Shown here piece after piece: positions 1-8,524 of a stretch of 63,090 nucleotides of DNA. Each line of letters opens with the position of its first letter. Positions within the stretch are counted from its first letter, which is position 1. Below the pieces are notes generated by a model. The model worked only from the letters and a program-made list of their open reading frames with translations, did not search any database and was not told the DNA's origin. This DNA comes from Acidobacterium sp. (lineage in GTDB: Bacteria; Acidobacteriota; Terriglobia; Terriglobales; Acidobacteriaceae), in assembly GCA_003152415.1 (NCBI GenBank), contig PMAD01000209.1, positions 34,179-97,268 on the forward strand. The letters are read 5' to 3'. The translations under genes were made by a program, and so were the position numbers.

Positions 1-59
1 GCGCCCTGCCAGAGGAAATGGACCAGCGTCCATCCGAGAGCTTCCCAGTGGTGTGTCAT
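1..59 (-). CDS. BlaR1/M56-family sensor peptidase, N-terminal fragment (continues off the window)
   Basis: The ATG at 59 overlaps the stop of the BlaI-like gene (ATGA). The minus-strand translation MTHHWEALGWTLVHFLWQG resembles the first TM helix of M56/BlaR1 proteins, which normally follow BlaI repressors. Confidence 0.5.
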   Translation of the reverse strand, partial: MTHHWEALGWTLVHFLWQG

Positions 60-460
60 TGGCGATGCCTCTTTTGCTCGATGAGATTGTGGAGTTCTTC
101 CAGCTCCCTGTCGTTCACCGGTTCCATGGCCAGAGCGTGCATGGCCAGCTGCGCGGCCGAGCCGGAAAACAGGCGCTCGCTGATGTCGCGGACAAGCTGA
201 TCCTGAGTTACGTGCTGGGCCGCCGCGGCGCGATAGATGTGGGCCTTCCCCGCCTCTTCGCGCTCAACCAGTCCCTTCTCCGTCATGATCTGGAGCAGCT
301 TGAGCACGGAGGTGTAGCCGAGAGCGCGCTTGCTGCTGACCTCCTGATGCAGATCGCGAACCGTGGAGGGACCGCGCTCCCACAGGAAGCTCAGGAGTTC
401 CAGTTCTCCTTCGGTTGGCCGGGGTAAGGGATGCCGGTTTCGTTTCATGGTCGCGACCAT
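56..460 (-). CDS. BlaI/MecI/CopY-family transcriptional repressor
   Basis: 134 aa. Winged-helix N-terminus (TEGELELLSFLWERGPSTVRDLHQEV...GYTSVLKLLQIMTEKGLV) typical of the Penicillinase_R family. Coupled to a downstream M56-like gene. Confidence 0.85.
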   Translation of the reverse strand: MVATMKRNRHPLPRPTEGELELLSFLWERGPSTVRDLHQEVSSKRALGYTSVLKLLQIMTEKGLVEREEAGKAHIYRAAAAQHVTQDQLVRDISERLFSGSAAQLAMHALAMEPVNDRELEELHNLIEQKRHRQ

Positions 461-554
461 ATACGAAGGTGTTCGTACTTGTCAACGAAAATCTTCGTAG
501 GAGGCGGGAGTTTCTTTACGACTGCGGGATGCGTGGCTTTCCCGGGCATTGGCG

Positions 555-1328
555 TTACGCTACGTGAGCTCCCGCGGTCTGGAAGGACTGGAGAATGCGC
601 GCATGATAGCTGCGGCTCATCGGAACCCTTTGTCCGTTGACCAAAAGAACGGCAAAGTCGCCGCGGGATTCTGTGCGCACCTCTTTGACGTACTGCAGAT
701 TGACGATCGCGGAACGGTGAACCCGCGCGAACATTGCAGGATCGAGCTTCTCCTCGAGATCGGCCATGGTCTGGCGGAGCAGGTGCGTTTCGGTCCTGGT
801 GCAGATGCGCACGTAGTTTTCTTCAGCACCGATCCAGCGAATATCGGTCACGGGAAGGAAGAGAATCCGACCACGCGATTTGAAGACCATGCGGGTGGTG
901 TACTTGCCGCCATTGTGGCTCTGGCCTTCGCGCCGGCCACCAGGCTTTCCTGCCGCGCCGATCTCTGCGATGGCCCGTGTGACCGCGGTGCGAAGCCTCT
1001 CCGCCGTAAAGGGCTTGAGCAGGTAGTCGACGGCATTCATTTCGAAGGCACGGAGCGCATAGGTATCCCAGGCCGTGGTGAAAATGACGCGGGGCGTGGC
1101 AGGACCGGCCAGGGCGTTGAGCTGATCGAGCACAGTGAATCCGTCCAAAACGGGCATACAAATGTCGAGGAAGAGCAGTTGCGGCGCAGTCTCGCGTACC
1201 ACATCGAAAACTTCACAGGCTGAGGCGCCCTCTCCCACCACTTCCACTCCTGGGATTTCGCCAAGCATCTGCCGTAACTTCCGCCGCGCGAGCGGCTCGT
1301 CATCGGCCAGGACCGTCCGGAGTACCAT
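555..1328 (-). CDS. LytR/AlgR-family response regulator (REC + LytTR DNA-binding domain)
   Basis: MVLRTVLADDEPLARRKL...FLDICMPVLDG (receiver domain) followed by a LytTR domain (RILFLPVTDIRWIGAEENYVRI...VHRSAIVNL). Start chosen at the ATG at 1328, preceded by AAGGAGG. The ORF track extends to 1403. Confidence 0.85.
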   Translation of the reverse strand: MVLRTVLADDEPLARRKLRQMLGEIPGVEVVGEGASACEVFDVVRETAPQLLFLDICMPVLDGFTVLDQLNALAGPATPRVIFTTAWDTYALRAFEMNAVDYLLKPFTAERLRTAVTRAIAEIGAAGKPGGRREGQSHNGGKYTTRMVFKSRGRILFLPVTDIRWIGAEENYVRICTRTETHLLRQTMADLEEKLDPAMFARVHRSAIVNLQYVKEVRTESRGDFAVLLVNGQRVPMSRSYHARILQSFQTAGAHVA

Positions 1329-1862
1329 CGTGCCTCCTTGATTCCAGGCGCGAGCGCTGATGCATCGTTCCTTCAGCACTGCTGGGTCAATGTTGCTTTC
1401 CAACAGGAGAGCCCGTTCATGGCCAAACTGCTAGCGAGGGCAACCTGCTGAAAACAGGTTGGCTGGCGTAGCGGTCGCGCGGGCTGCGGCAACGGCGGGT
1501 GCCCAAAACCGGACTCAAGCGTCCGAGTTCGAACACCTGCGCCCGGTCGCGCGCGCCCTTTTCATCGCTTCCGAATAAAGGGACCGATTCGAAACTTGTG
1601 ACGAACGGTGCAGCCTGGGGACCAGCCGGAGATCGAGCCACTCCAATGGCCAGCAAGAAGGATGAATGCTCCTGAACAGGGGGAACCGAACCGCTATCCT
1701 GCACGTACCGTCCGTTGTCTCAGGAGTATGCCTCCAGTACTGGCCGTCGTGGTTCCCGCGGAACGCGACCACGCCGGACAGCTGACTACGGTACCGCCCT
1801 CTTAAGACCTGGCCGCATCGAGACCGGGTTTCACCACAGCAGGAGGCTGACGAGCGAACGAA

Positions 1863-3002
1863 GTGACTCTACCCCCAGATAGACACGAACCCGAGCAACC
1901 GTTCTTCATGCATCCGCTTATCCTCATCAGCGCTTCGGTGCTGGTCGGGATCTTGTTCGCTCTGCAGGAATGGATGAACGCGCACCGCTGGGGTTACAGG
2001 ATCAGCGTGCTGTTTCTGATCGAAATGTGGGGGATGCAGTTTCTTATCTGGGGCGCAATTTGCTGGCTGATGTGGCGATTCCTGCGGCCCTTCATCGTAC
2101 AGGCGAACGTCGTATCGCTGATTACACGCGCGCTGCCTCTCAGCATCGCGACCAGCATTCTGGAAGAGATGATCTGGGTCATGTTTTTTCCAAGGGTGCC
2201 CGTGGACCGACCGCCCATGGATTATTGGCACCGGCTGAGTTTCCAACTGGGTGCGGAATTCGTCGACAGCATGGCGATTTTCTGGTGCGCTTTTCTGTTC
2301 CTGCGCGGGGTGGCCTACTACCAGCAGTTTCGGGAGAAGGAAACGACGGCGGCGCAGCTCCAGGTGCAGCTGGTACAGGCGAGGCTGGCCGCGCTGCGCA
2401 TGCAGCTCAATCCGCATTTCCTCTTCAACGCGATGAACAGCATCTCGAGCCTGATGCGCACCGACGTCAACGCGGCGGACCAGATGCTGGAACAACTGAG
2501 CAGCCTGCTGCGTATGACGCTCGAACGGGGCGAGGTGCAGCTGGTTCCTCTCCGCAAAGAGATGGAGTTCATCGAGATTTACATGGCCATGCAGCAGCAG
2601 CGCTACGCGGGAAGAGTACAGCAGAGGGTTCTGGTTGAGCCGGAATTGCACGACGCTCTGGTTCCGGCACTGATCCTGCAGCCGATCGTCGAGAACGCCT
2701 ATGTCCACGGCGTTGCCCGGTGTGCCGGAGAGGGAGAGCTGTCGATCGATATCCGCAGGGACGGTAAACGAATGAGGATGAGCGTCGTCAATAGTGGCAA
2801 CGGCCTCGATCTGGAACGCGGAGAATTGCCGCGGCGGGGGGTCGGACTGGCGAACGTACGAGATCGCCTTCGGCTGCATTACGGCGAGCGCGGGTCGCTC
2901 TCGGTTCGTGAGATGGGTTCAGGCCGCGTGAATGTGACGATCGCGCTGCCATTACAGCTGGAACAAAACGGCACGCAAGAAGCTGCACGATTTGACGTAT
3001 GA
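1863..3002 (+). CDS. LytS/YehU-type sensor histidine kinase (membrane)
   Basis: N-terminal TM helices, His_kinase motif LNPHFLFNAMNSISSLM, and a C-terminal HATPase region (ILQPIVENAYVHG...GVGLANVRDRL). The GTG start is uncertain; an alternative ATG lies at 1908. Confidence 0.85.
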   Translation: MTLPPDRHEPEQPFFMHPLILISASVLVGILFALQEWMNAHRWGYRISVLFLIEMWGMQFLIWGAICWLMWRFLRPFIVQANVVSLITRALPLSIATSILEEMIWVMFFPRVPVDRPPMDYWHRLSFQLGAEFVDSMAIFWCAFLFLRGVAYYQQFREKETTAAQLQVQLVQARLAALRMQLNPHFLFNAMNSISSLMRTDVNAADQMLEQLSSLLRMTLERGEVQLVPLRKEMEFIEIYMAMQQQRYAGRVQQRVLVEPELHDALVPALILQPIVENAYVHGVARCAGEGELSIDIRRDGKRMRMSVVNSGNGLDLERGELPRRGVGLANVRDRLRLHYGERGSLSVREMGSGRVNVTIALPLQLEQNGTQEAARFDV

Positions 3003-3742
3003 CGATCCAGGTTGCATTGGCCGATGACGAGGTACTGGCGCGGCAAAAGCTGCGCATCTTCCTGCGCGACGAACCCGATTGCGAGGTGGTGGGGGAGTGT
3101 GGGACGGCGGCGGAGACGATCGAACTGGTGCGCGCCGCCCGGCCGGATGTGGTTTTTCTGGACATCCACCTGCCCGACATGGACGGTTTTGACGTCGTCG
3201 ATGCGCTTTCGTCTCATACGGAGCTGATCATGCCGCGCATCGTTTTCACTACCGCATACGACCAGTACGCCCTGCGCGCCTTCGAGGTCCACGCTGTGGA
3301 CTATTTGCTCAAGCCGTTTACACCGGAACGGCTGCGATCGGCTCTGGAGCGGATTCGCCAGCACGCCAATGGCGGTCCCCCTAATGGGGTGGAGGATGGC
3401 GAGTCGAGCCGCTATGCGACGCGCATTGTCTTCAAATCGAAGGGGCGCATTTTGTTTTTGCCGGTTTCAGAGATCCGCTGGATTGCCGCTGAGGAGAATT
3501 ATGTGCGCATCTCCACGGCGGATGAGACGCACCTGCTGCGCGAGACGATGGCCCACATGGAAGAGCGGCTGGACCCACGGGCATTTCTCCGCGTGCATCG
3601 TTCCTCCATCGTGAACCTGCAATTTGTGAAGGAAGTCAGGATGGATGCGGAGGGGGAGGCTGCAGTGATGCTGATTAACGGTCAGAAGGTTTCTATGAGC
3701 CGTAGTTACCGATCACGGATTCAGCGGCTGGTCCATCAATAG
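2999..3742 (+). CDS. LytR/AlgR-family response regulator (REC + LytTR)
   Basis: ATGA overlap with the kinase stop. ALADDEVLARQKL...FLDIHLPDMDG followed by LytTR (RILFLPVSEIRWIAAEENYVRI...VHRSSIVNL). Close paralogue of the gene at 555-1328. Confidence 0.9.
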   Translation: MTIQVALADDEVLARQKLRIFLRDEPDCEVVGECGTAAETIELVRAARPDVVFLDIHLPDMDGFDVVDALSSHTELIMPRIVFTTAYDQYALRAFEVHAVDYLLKPFTPERLRSALERIRQHANGGPPNGVEDGESSRYATRIVFKSKGRILFLPVSEIRWIAAEENYVRISTADETHLLRETMAHMEERLDPRAFLRVHRSSIVNLQFVKEVRMDAEGEAAVMLINGQKVSMSRSYRSRIQRLVHQ

Positions 3743-4064
3743 GCGGGATTCCGATTTCTGGATCGCAAATTCGCTGATTGGGGTTGCTGTCCGCCCCAGA
3801 TCATCGACTTCATCCTGGGCGGAGTGCGTTTCGCCTCGCGGGATTGGCCTTCCGTCACAGAATACGAAAAAGCAAAGAGCGAACTGCACTAATTCCAGGA
3901 ACCGCATAAGCGTAGCCGGAGGCGGGACGCCTGTTAGCGATGAATCCGAGATCTGTCCTGGGGCGAGGGCGGCCCGTCCCGACTATCGAGCCTCCGTCAC
4001 AAAACTCCGGTTGTGGTCTCGTCTGGACTCGCACTTGCTGTAGCGGGAGGGAAGGGATTCCCCC

Positions 4065-4562
4065 ATGATGAACACCGAGTGCACAACCGACAGGAAGTTG
4101 ACGAGGTACTTTGGCGGTCCCGATCAGGAGTTTGGGGACGCATTAAGGATCGCGATCCGATTTACCATTCCTACTGACGCTGCTCGCATTTTTCAGGCTC
4201 TAACAAAGCCTGAATATCTCGAGAGCTGGATTTCTCTCCCCGGCGACGATGCGGAGAGTTATCTGGTTGCATGGCGACAGCAGAACGGCTACCGGCTGGA
4301 TCATTACCGGCGCGGCCGGCGAGATCTGATCATCCGCGGAACCTATCGCATCTGCCGGCGCCGCAAGATGCTTTTCACATGGACGATGACCGGCGACTGG
4401 ACGACGCCCGAGAGCCTCGTCTACGTCCGGCTGAATGGAGACTTCCGCAACACGATAGTGGAGCTTCACCACCGAGGGATTTCTTCGGCCTCGGACTGGT
4501 CGTGGCAGCAGGAAATGTGGCAGAACTCCATTGATCGGCTCGTCCGGCTGTTTCTCAGCTAA
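4065..4562 (+). CDS. SRPBCC/AHSA1-like domain protein
   Basis: 165 aa. Pattern ...IFQALTKPEYLESW...VELHHRG...W..S.DRLVRL resembles the Aha1-like/SRPBCC fold. SD-like GGGAGGGAAGGG lies upstream. Confidence 0.55.
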   Translation: MMNTECTTDRKLTRYFGGPDQEFGDALRIAIRFTIPTDAARIFQALTKPEYLESWISLPGDDAESYLVAWRQQNGYRLDHYRRGRRDLIIRGTYRICRRRKMLFTWTMTGDWTTPESLVYVRLNGDFRNTIVELHHRGISSASDWSWQQEMWQNSIDRLVRLFLS

Positions 4563-4594
4563 GCCGCGGGCCGATTCCTTGAGCGGCCCGCGGC
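4563..4594 (+). terminator. Perfect 11-bp inverted repeat immediately after the SRPBCC stop (terminator-like hairpin, no U-tract)
   Basis: GCCGCGGGCCG-attccttgag-CGGCCCGCGGC read directly from the sequence. Confidence 0.35.
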
Positions 4595-4699
4595 ACCCTC
4601 TCAGGCGACCTGGTCTGACTACCCGCTGGGGCGACACATATTCCATGGAATCAATGGGTTGAGCGATGAAGCGCGCCTTCCGGACCCGGTGCTTTTCTT

Positions 4700-4728
4700 T
4701 TGATCTTGAGAGAATTAGTTGTTATGGT
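4700..4728 (+). promoter_or_regulatory. Candidate sigma70-like promoter of the corrinoid operon
   Basis: TTGATC (4700-4705), 17-nt spacer, TATGGT (4723-4728), inside the only AT-rich patch of this intergenic region, about 140 nt upstream of the ATG at 4870. Confidence 0.35.
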
Positions 4729-4869
4729 AAACAATATCTCCGCTCCATGAGCGGAGCCTTGCAGTGGGCGGCGCTTTCGCATTCCGGGCGGCGCAGCTGT
4801 GAGCCCTCAGACAAGTTCTCATCTGGTCAAAGGTTGTGCGTGGGCTCAGGGTGACCGGGAGGAAAAAAT

Positions 4870-5943
4870 ATGCTGCCAGAACAGTGGGAGACGTTTAAGC
4901 AAGCGGCGCGCCGCGAAAAACTGGACAAGATTCCGATGGCACTGATCGTCGACAGCCCATGGATTCCCGGGTACCTCGGAATCAAGCATCTGGATTATTT
5001 CCTCGATCCGGAGCTGTGGTTTCAATCGAACCTGAAGATCATGCGCGAGTTTCCGGACATCATCTTCATCCCTTCGTGGTGGATGGAGTACGGGATGGCG
5101 GCGGAGCCCTCGGTGCTGGGGGCGAAGATCAAATTCTGGCAGGATAACACCCCGAGTGAATACCACACCCTCTACCACCTCGAGGATATGGATCAGTTTC
5201 CCGATTACGAAGTGGAGGCCGATGGTTTTGCCGGCCTGACGCTGCATCGGATCGGGATGGCGCGGCAGCGCATCCTCGATGCGGGTTACATCCTGCCCAT
5301 GGTCACATCGCGCGGGCCGCTGTGCACGGCGGGATTTGTCCGCGGCACCACAAATTTCATGATCGACCTAGTGGAGAACCCCGGGGGCGCGCACAAGCTG
5401 ATCGACCTGTGCACGCGGGTAATCATCGACTGGCTGAAGGCGCAGCAAAAAGTCATGGGCGACACAGTCGAGAGCATCTTCATCCTCGACGACATCGTTG
5501 GGTTCATCAACGAAGAGCATTACCTGGAGTTTGCGCACCCTTATTTGAAGCGCATCTGCGATGCGTTTCCGAAGGACTGGGTGAAGGTGTACCACAACGA
5601 TGCGGAGGTCGATGCGTGTCTCGACCATCTGCCGGATACGGGATTCAACGTGCTGAACTGGGGCAAGCAGCGGCACATCATCGAGGTGAAACGGCGTGTG
5701 GGCGACAGGATGTGCCTGATGGGCAACGTCAACCCGCTGGAAATTGGCGTGCGCGGCACACCGGAGGAAGTGAAGGATGAGACGCTCGAGGTGCTGGAGG
5801 GATCGGGCGGCGAGGGAATCATTCTCTCGGTCGGCGGCGGCACCAGCCCGGGGATGCCACGCGAGAATATCGTGGCCATGCTGGAGGCTCTTGAGGAATT
5901 CAATGCGAAGCGTAGTACGAGCGCGATTGCAAGCGCTCGCTAA
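4870..5943 (+). CDS. URO-D-fold (MtaA/CmuA/MtvB-like) corrinoid-dependent methyltransferase
   Basis: 357 aa. Overall resemblance to uroporphyrinogen-decarboxylase-family methyltransferases (C-terminal ...GGEGIILSVGGGTSPGMPRENI...). Sits directly upstream of a corrinoid protein. SD GGGAGG. Confidence 0.75.
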   Translation: MLPEQWETFKQAARREKLDKIPMALIVDSPWIPGYLGIKHLDYFLDPELWFQSNLKIMREFPDIIFIPSWWMEYGMAAEPSVLGAKIKFWQDNTPSEYHTLYHLEDMDQFPDYEVEADGFAGLTLHRIGMARQRILDAGYILPMVTSRGPLCTAGFVRGTTNFMIDLVENPGGAHKLIDLCTRVIIDWLKAQQKVMGDTVESIFILDDIVGFINEEHYLEFAHPYLKRICDAFPKDWVKVYHNDAEVDACLDHLPDTGFNVLNWGKQRHIIEVKRRVGDRMCLMGNVNPLEIGVRGTPEEVKDETLEVLEGSGGEGIILSVGGGTSPGMPRENIVAMLEALEEFNAKRSTSAIASAR

Positions 5944-5955
5944 GGAAGAGGATCG

Positions 5956-6597
5956 ATGCCCGATTATGCCCTGATGAACCAGCACCTGTACGAGGGGAAC
6001 GCCGGCGAGGTGGAGCGGATGACGAAGGAAGCGCTCGCCGAAGGGCGGACCGTTCAGGAAGTGCTGAATGAGGGTTTGATCGCGGGCATGAGCGTGGTGG
6101 GCGAGGACTTCAAGCACAACGTGCTGTACGTGCCGGAAGTGCTGATCGCGGCGCGGGCGATGAAGGCGGGCATGGCGGTGCTGAAGCCGCTGCTGACCTC
6201 GAAGGACAGCACCACGAAGCCCAAAGGTATTTTGCTGATGGGCACGGTGCGCGGCGACCTGCACGACATCGGCAAGAACCTGGTGGGGATGATGGCGGAG
6301 GGCGCGGGTTTTGAGCTGCACGACATCGGCGTGGATCAGAGTGTGGATAAATTCATGGCAGCGGCCGAGAAGTGCAAGCCGACCATCATCGGCATGAGCG
6401 CGCTGCTGACGACGACCATGATGTACATGAAGACGGTCATCGATGGGTTTAACGCGGCGGGGCTGACGCATATCAAGATGGCGGTGGGCGGAGCGCCGAT
6501 CAGCCAGATGTTCGCCGACGAGATCGGCGCCGATGGGTACGGAGCGAACGCTTCCGCCGCGGTGGATTTGTTTTTGCGGCTGGCGGCACAGGTGTAA
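5956..6597 (+). CDS. Corrinoid (cobalamin-binding) protein, MtaC/MtbC/MetH-B12-domain type
   Basis: B12-binding_2 cap followed by a Rossmann domain with DxHxxG (GDLHDIGKN), SxL (MSALL) and GG (VGGAP) motifs. Confidence 0.9.
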   Translation: MPDYALMNQHLYEGNAGEVERMTKEALAEGRTVQEVLNEGLIAGMSVVGEDFKHNVLYVPEVLIAARAMKAGMAVLKPLLTSKDSTTKPKGILLMGTVRGDLHDIGKNLVGMMAEGAGFELHDIGVDQSVDKFMAAAEKCKPTIIGMSALLTTTMMYMKTVIDGFNAAGLTHIKMAVGGAPISQMFADEIGADGYGANASAAVDLFLRLAAQV

Positions 6598-6601
6598 CAA
6601 A

Positions 6602-6856
6602 GTGGCCACCTACAGGATTCTCTACTGGCGGGAAATCCCGACGCAGATTAAGGCCGAGGACGATGCGGATGACGTCACGCTGATGCTGGACGAGAGATTC
6701 ATGCAACAGATCGATATCCTCGCCGCCAAACGAGGACTGCAAGCCGCCGACGACTACCTGGCGCAGTGGAAATGGAGCGAGGAAGAGGAACGCGAGGGTT
6801 CGGCGCGCGAGGTTGCCGAAGCACTGAAAGCGGAACTCGAAGCGAAGGGCTGGTAG
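6602..6856 (+). CDS. Small acidic conserved hypothetical protein (84 aa) between the corrinoid protein and its activator
   Basis: GTG start 4 nt after the corrinoid-protein stop. VATYRILYWREIPTQIKAEDD... Coding-like composition. I recall small proteins of this kind next to RACo-type genes but cannot verify that here. Confidence 0.5.
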   Translation: MATYRILYWREIPTQIKAEDDADDVTLMLDERFMQQIDILAAKRGLQAADDYLAQWKWSEEEEREGSAREVAEALKAELEAKGW

Positions 6857-6868
6857 GGCGCCACGGAA

Positions 6869-8524
6869 ATGGCCGTCACTCTCACCATCAACGGGGAATC
6901 CATCGAAGCGAGGAGCGGGCTGTCGCTGTTCGAGCACGCCGAAAGCCTGGGCATCGATGTTCCCACGTCGTGCCGCAAGCAGGGCAAGTGCAGAGAGTGC
7001 ATGGTGGAAGTCGTGGAAGGGATGAGCGCGCTTTCGGCGATGACCGAGCCGGAGCGGCATCTGAAGGGAAAGTTTCGCCTATCGTGCCAGACATTTGTGA
7101 CCGGCGCCAGCGGGCAGGTTCGCTGCCATACCATGCGGCGGGGGCGCATGCGCATCGAGCGCCACGCATTCGGTCTGCCCGTCGGCCCCCCGCTCCAACT
7201 CGATCCTGCAGTGACACGCGACGGTGGCCGCATCCTTATAGATGGAGCTGAGGTGGAACGCTCTACCGGGCCGATCCATGGGCTCGCTATGGACCTTGGG
7301 ACGACGACGATCGTTCTGCGCCTGCTCGACCTCGAGAGCGGCGAGCTGATTGCGGACACTTCGTTTGAGAATCCGCAGCGTTTCGGCGGCTCGGAAGTGA
7401 TGTCGCGCATCGCTTACGACACGGATCACCCGGGAAGACTGTTGCTGCGCACGCTGGCCGGCTACCTGACCCACGCGATCGAGAAGTTCCCTGTCGATCC
7501 AAAGACCATTTACGAGATGGTAGTGGTGGGCAATTCCACCATGCGAGATCTTTTTTTTCGCCAGAGCGTGTATTCGATTGGGCAAACGCCATACCGATCG
7601 ATCACGGAAATTGAACTGGCCGAGGGCAAGCGCACGACGACCAGCCTCGTTCAGACCGGGCTGCGCAGCCTGCTGCCGATTCATCCCAAAGCGCGGGTGT
7701 ATGGCGCGCCGATCATCAGCGGCCACGTGGGCGCCGACGCGGCGGCCGCGATGCTGGCCGTGGATCTTGCCCATGAGGAGCGGCTGATCGCCATCATGGA
7801 CATCGGCACGAACACAGAGCTCATAGTCGGCAACAAGCACGACATCGTCGCGGCATCTTGTCCCGCGGGTCCGGCTTTCGAGGGCGGAGCGATCACTTGC
7901 GGTATGCCGGCTCTGGACGGGGCGATCGAAGAAGTGGCGATCGCCGACGATGGGACCTTCCGTCTCGGCGTGATCGGCGATGTGCCGCCGGAAGGCCTCT
8001 GCGGTTCCGGGTTGGTGGACGTGCTGAGCGAACTGCTGCGCACCGGCCGCATGAACGATAAAGGCCGCTTTGAGGACGGCGTCTCGCGTGTGACGCTATA
8101 CCAAGGGCAAGGGTGCGGCGAAGACCAGGGCATTTTTCTGCTGGAGAGCGATGTCAGCGAGCTGGCGCAGGCCAAGGGCGCCAACGTTGCGGGACTGCAC
8201 GTCGTCTTCTCGAGCTACGGCATCGACTTCGACGACATCGACGTGTTTTATCTGGCCGGAGGGTTCGGGCGGCATCTCAGCGTGGAAGCTTCGAAGCGCA
8301 TTGGACTGGTGCCGAGCCTCGATTCCGCAAAGATCGTGCAAGCCGGCAATACTGCGATCGAAGGCGCGACCATCGCGCTGCTGTCAATGACCAAGCGCCG
8401 GGAGCTGGAAGAGCTGGTGAAGAAGGTGCAGCACTGCCGGCTCGAAACCCATCCGAGCTTCTTCGACTTTTTTGTGGAGGGCTGCCAGTTCAAGCCCGTG
8501 GAGCCGATGCCATGCGCGAGGTAG
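6869..8524 (+). CDS. RACo-type reductive activator of corrinoid enzymes ([2Fe-2S] ferredoxin + ASKHA ATPase, DUF4445-like)
   Basis: N-terminal plant-type ferredoxin cysteines (CRKQGKCRECMVEV...LSCQT). ASKHA phosphate motifs AMDLGTTT and IMDIGTNTE. Confidence 0.85.
   Translation: MAVTLTINGESIEARSGLSLFEHAESLGIDVPTSCRKQGKCRECMVEVVEGMSALSAMTEPERHLKGKFRLSCQTFVTGASGQVRCHTMRRGRMRIERHAFGLPVGPPLQLDPAVTRDGGRILIDGAEVERSTGPIHGLAMDLGTTTIVLRLLDLESGELIADTSFENPQRFGGSEVMSRIAYDTDHPGRLLLRTLAGYLTHAIEKFPVDPKTIYEMVVVGNSTMRDLFFRQSVYSIGQTPYRSITEIELAEGKRTTTSLVQTGLRSLLPIHPKARVYGAPIISGHVGADAAAAMLAVDLAHEERLIAIMDIGTNTELIVGNKHDIVAASCPAGPAFEGGAITCGMPALDGAIEEVAIADDGTFRLGVIGDVPPEGLCGSGLVDVLSELLRTGRMNDKGRFEDGVSRVTLYQGQGCGEDQGIFLLESDVSELAQAKGANVAGLHVVFSSYGIDFDDIDVFYLAGGFGRHLSVEASKRIGLVPSLDSAKIVQAGNTAIEGATIALLSMTKRRELEELVKKVQHCRLETHPSFFDFFVEGCQFKPVEPMPCAR

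Noticed and set aside
1505-1560. GAGTTCGAAC segment reminiscent of a tRNA T-loop in the 460-bp spacer between the orphan LytTR regulator and the kinase.
   Set aside because: I could not build a T-stem, an anticodon arm or an acceptor stem on either strand. It is not a tRNA.
4600-4800. Cobalamin-riboswitch-like fragments on the minus strand (CCGGAATGCGAAAGCGCCGCCCACTGC and, downstream on the minus strand, AGTCAGACCAGGTCGCC resembling a B12 box).
   Set aside because: The matches to the consensus are partial. The orientation points into the 3' end of the + strand SRPBCC gene, with no minus-strand gene to regulate. The 'B12 box' overlaps sequence just after a terminator-like hairpin. An Rfam scan would settle it.
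5368-6609. 413-aa ORF on the - strand.
   Set aside because: It is antisense to the URO-D-like and corrinoid-protein genes, both of which carry clear family motifs. The composition is Arg/His-rich. Shadow ORF.
8113-8510. 5' extension of ORF 8113..9771.
   Set aside because: It lies inside the RACo-type gene in another frame and is Arg-rich. The ATG at 8511 gives a sensible N-terminus and a short coupling overlap.
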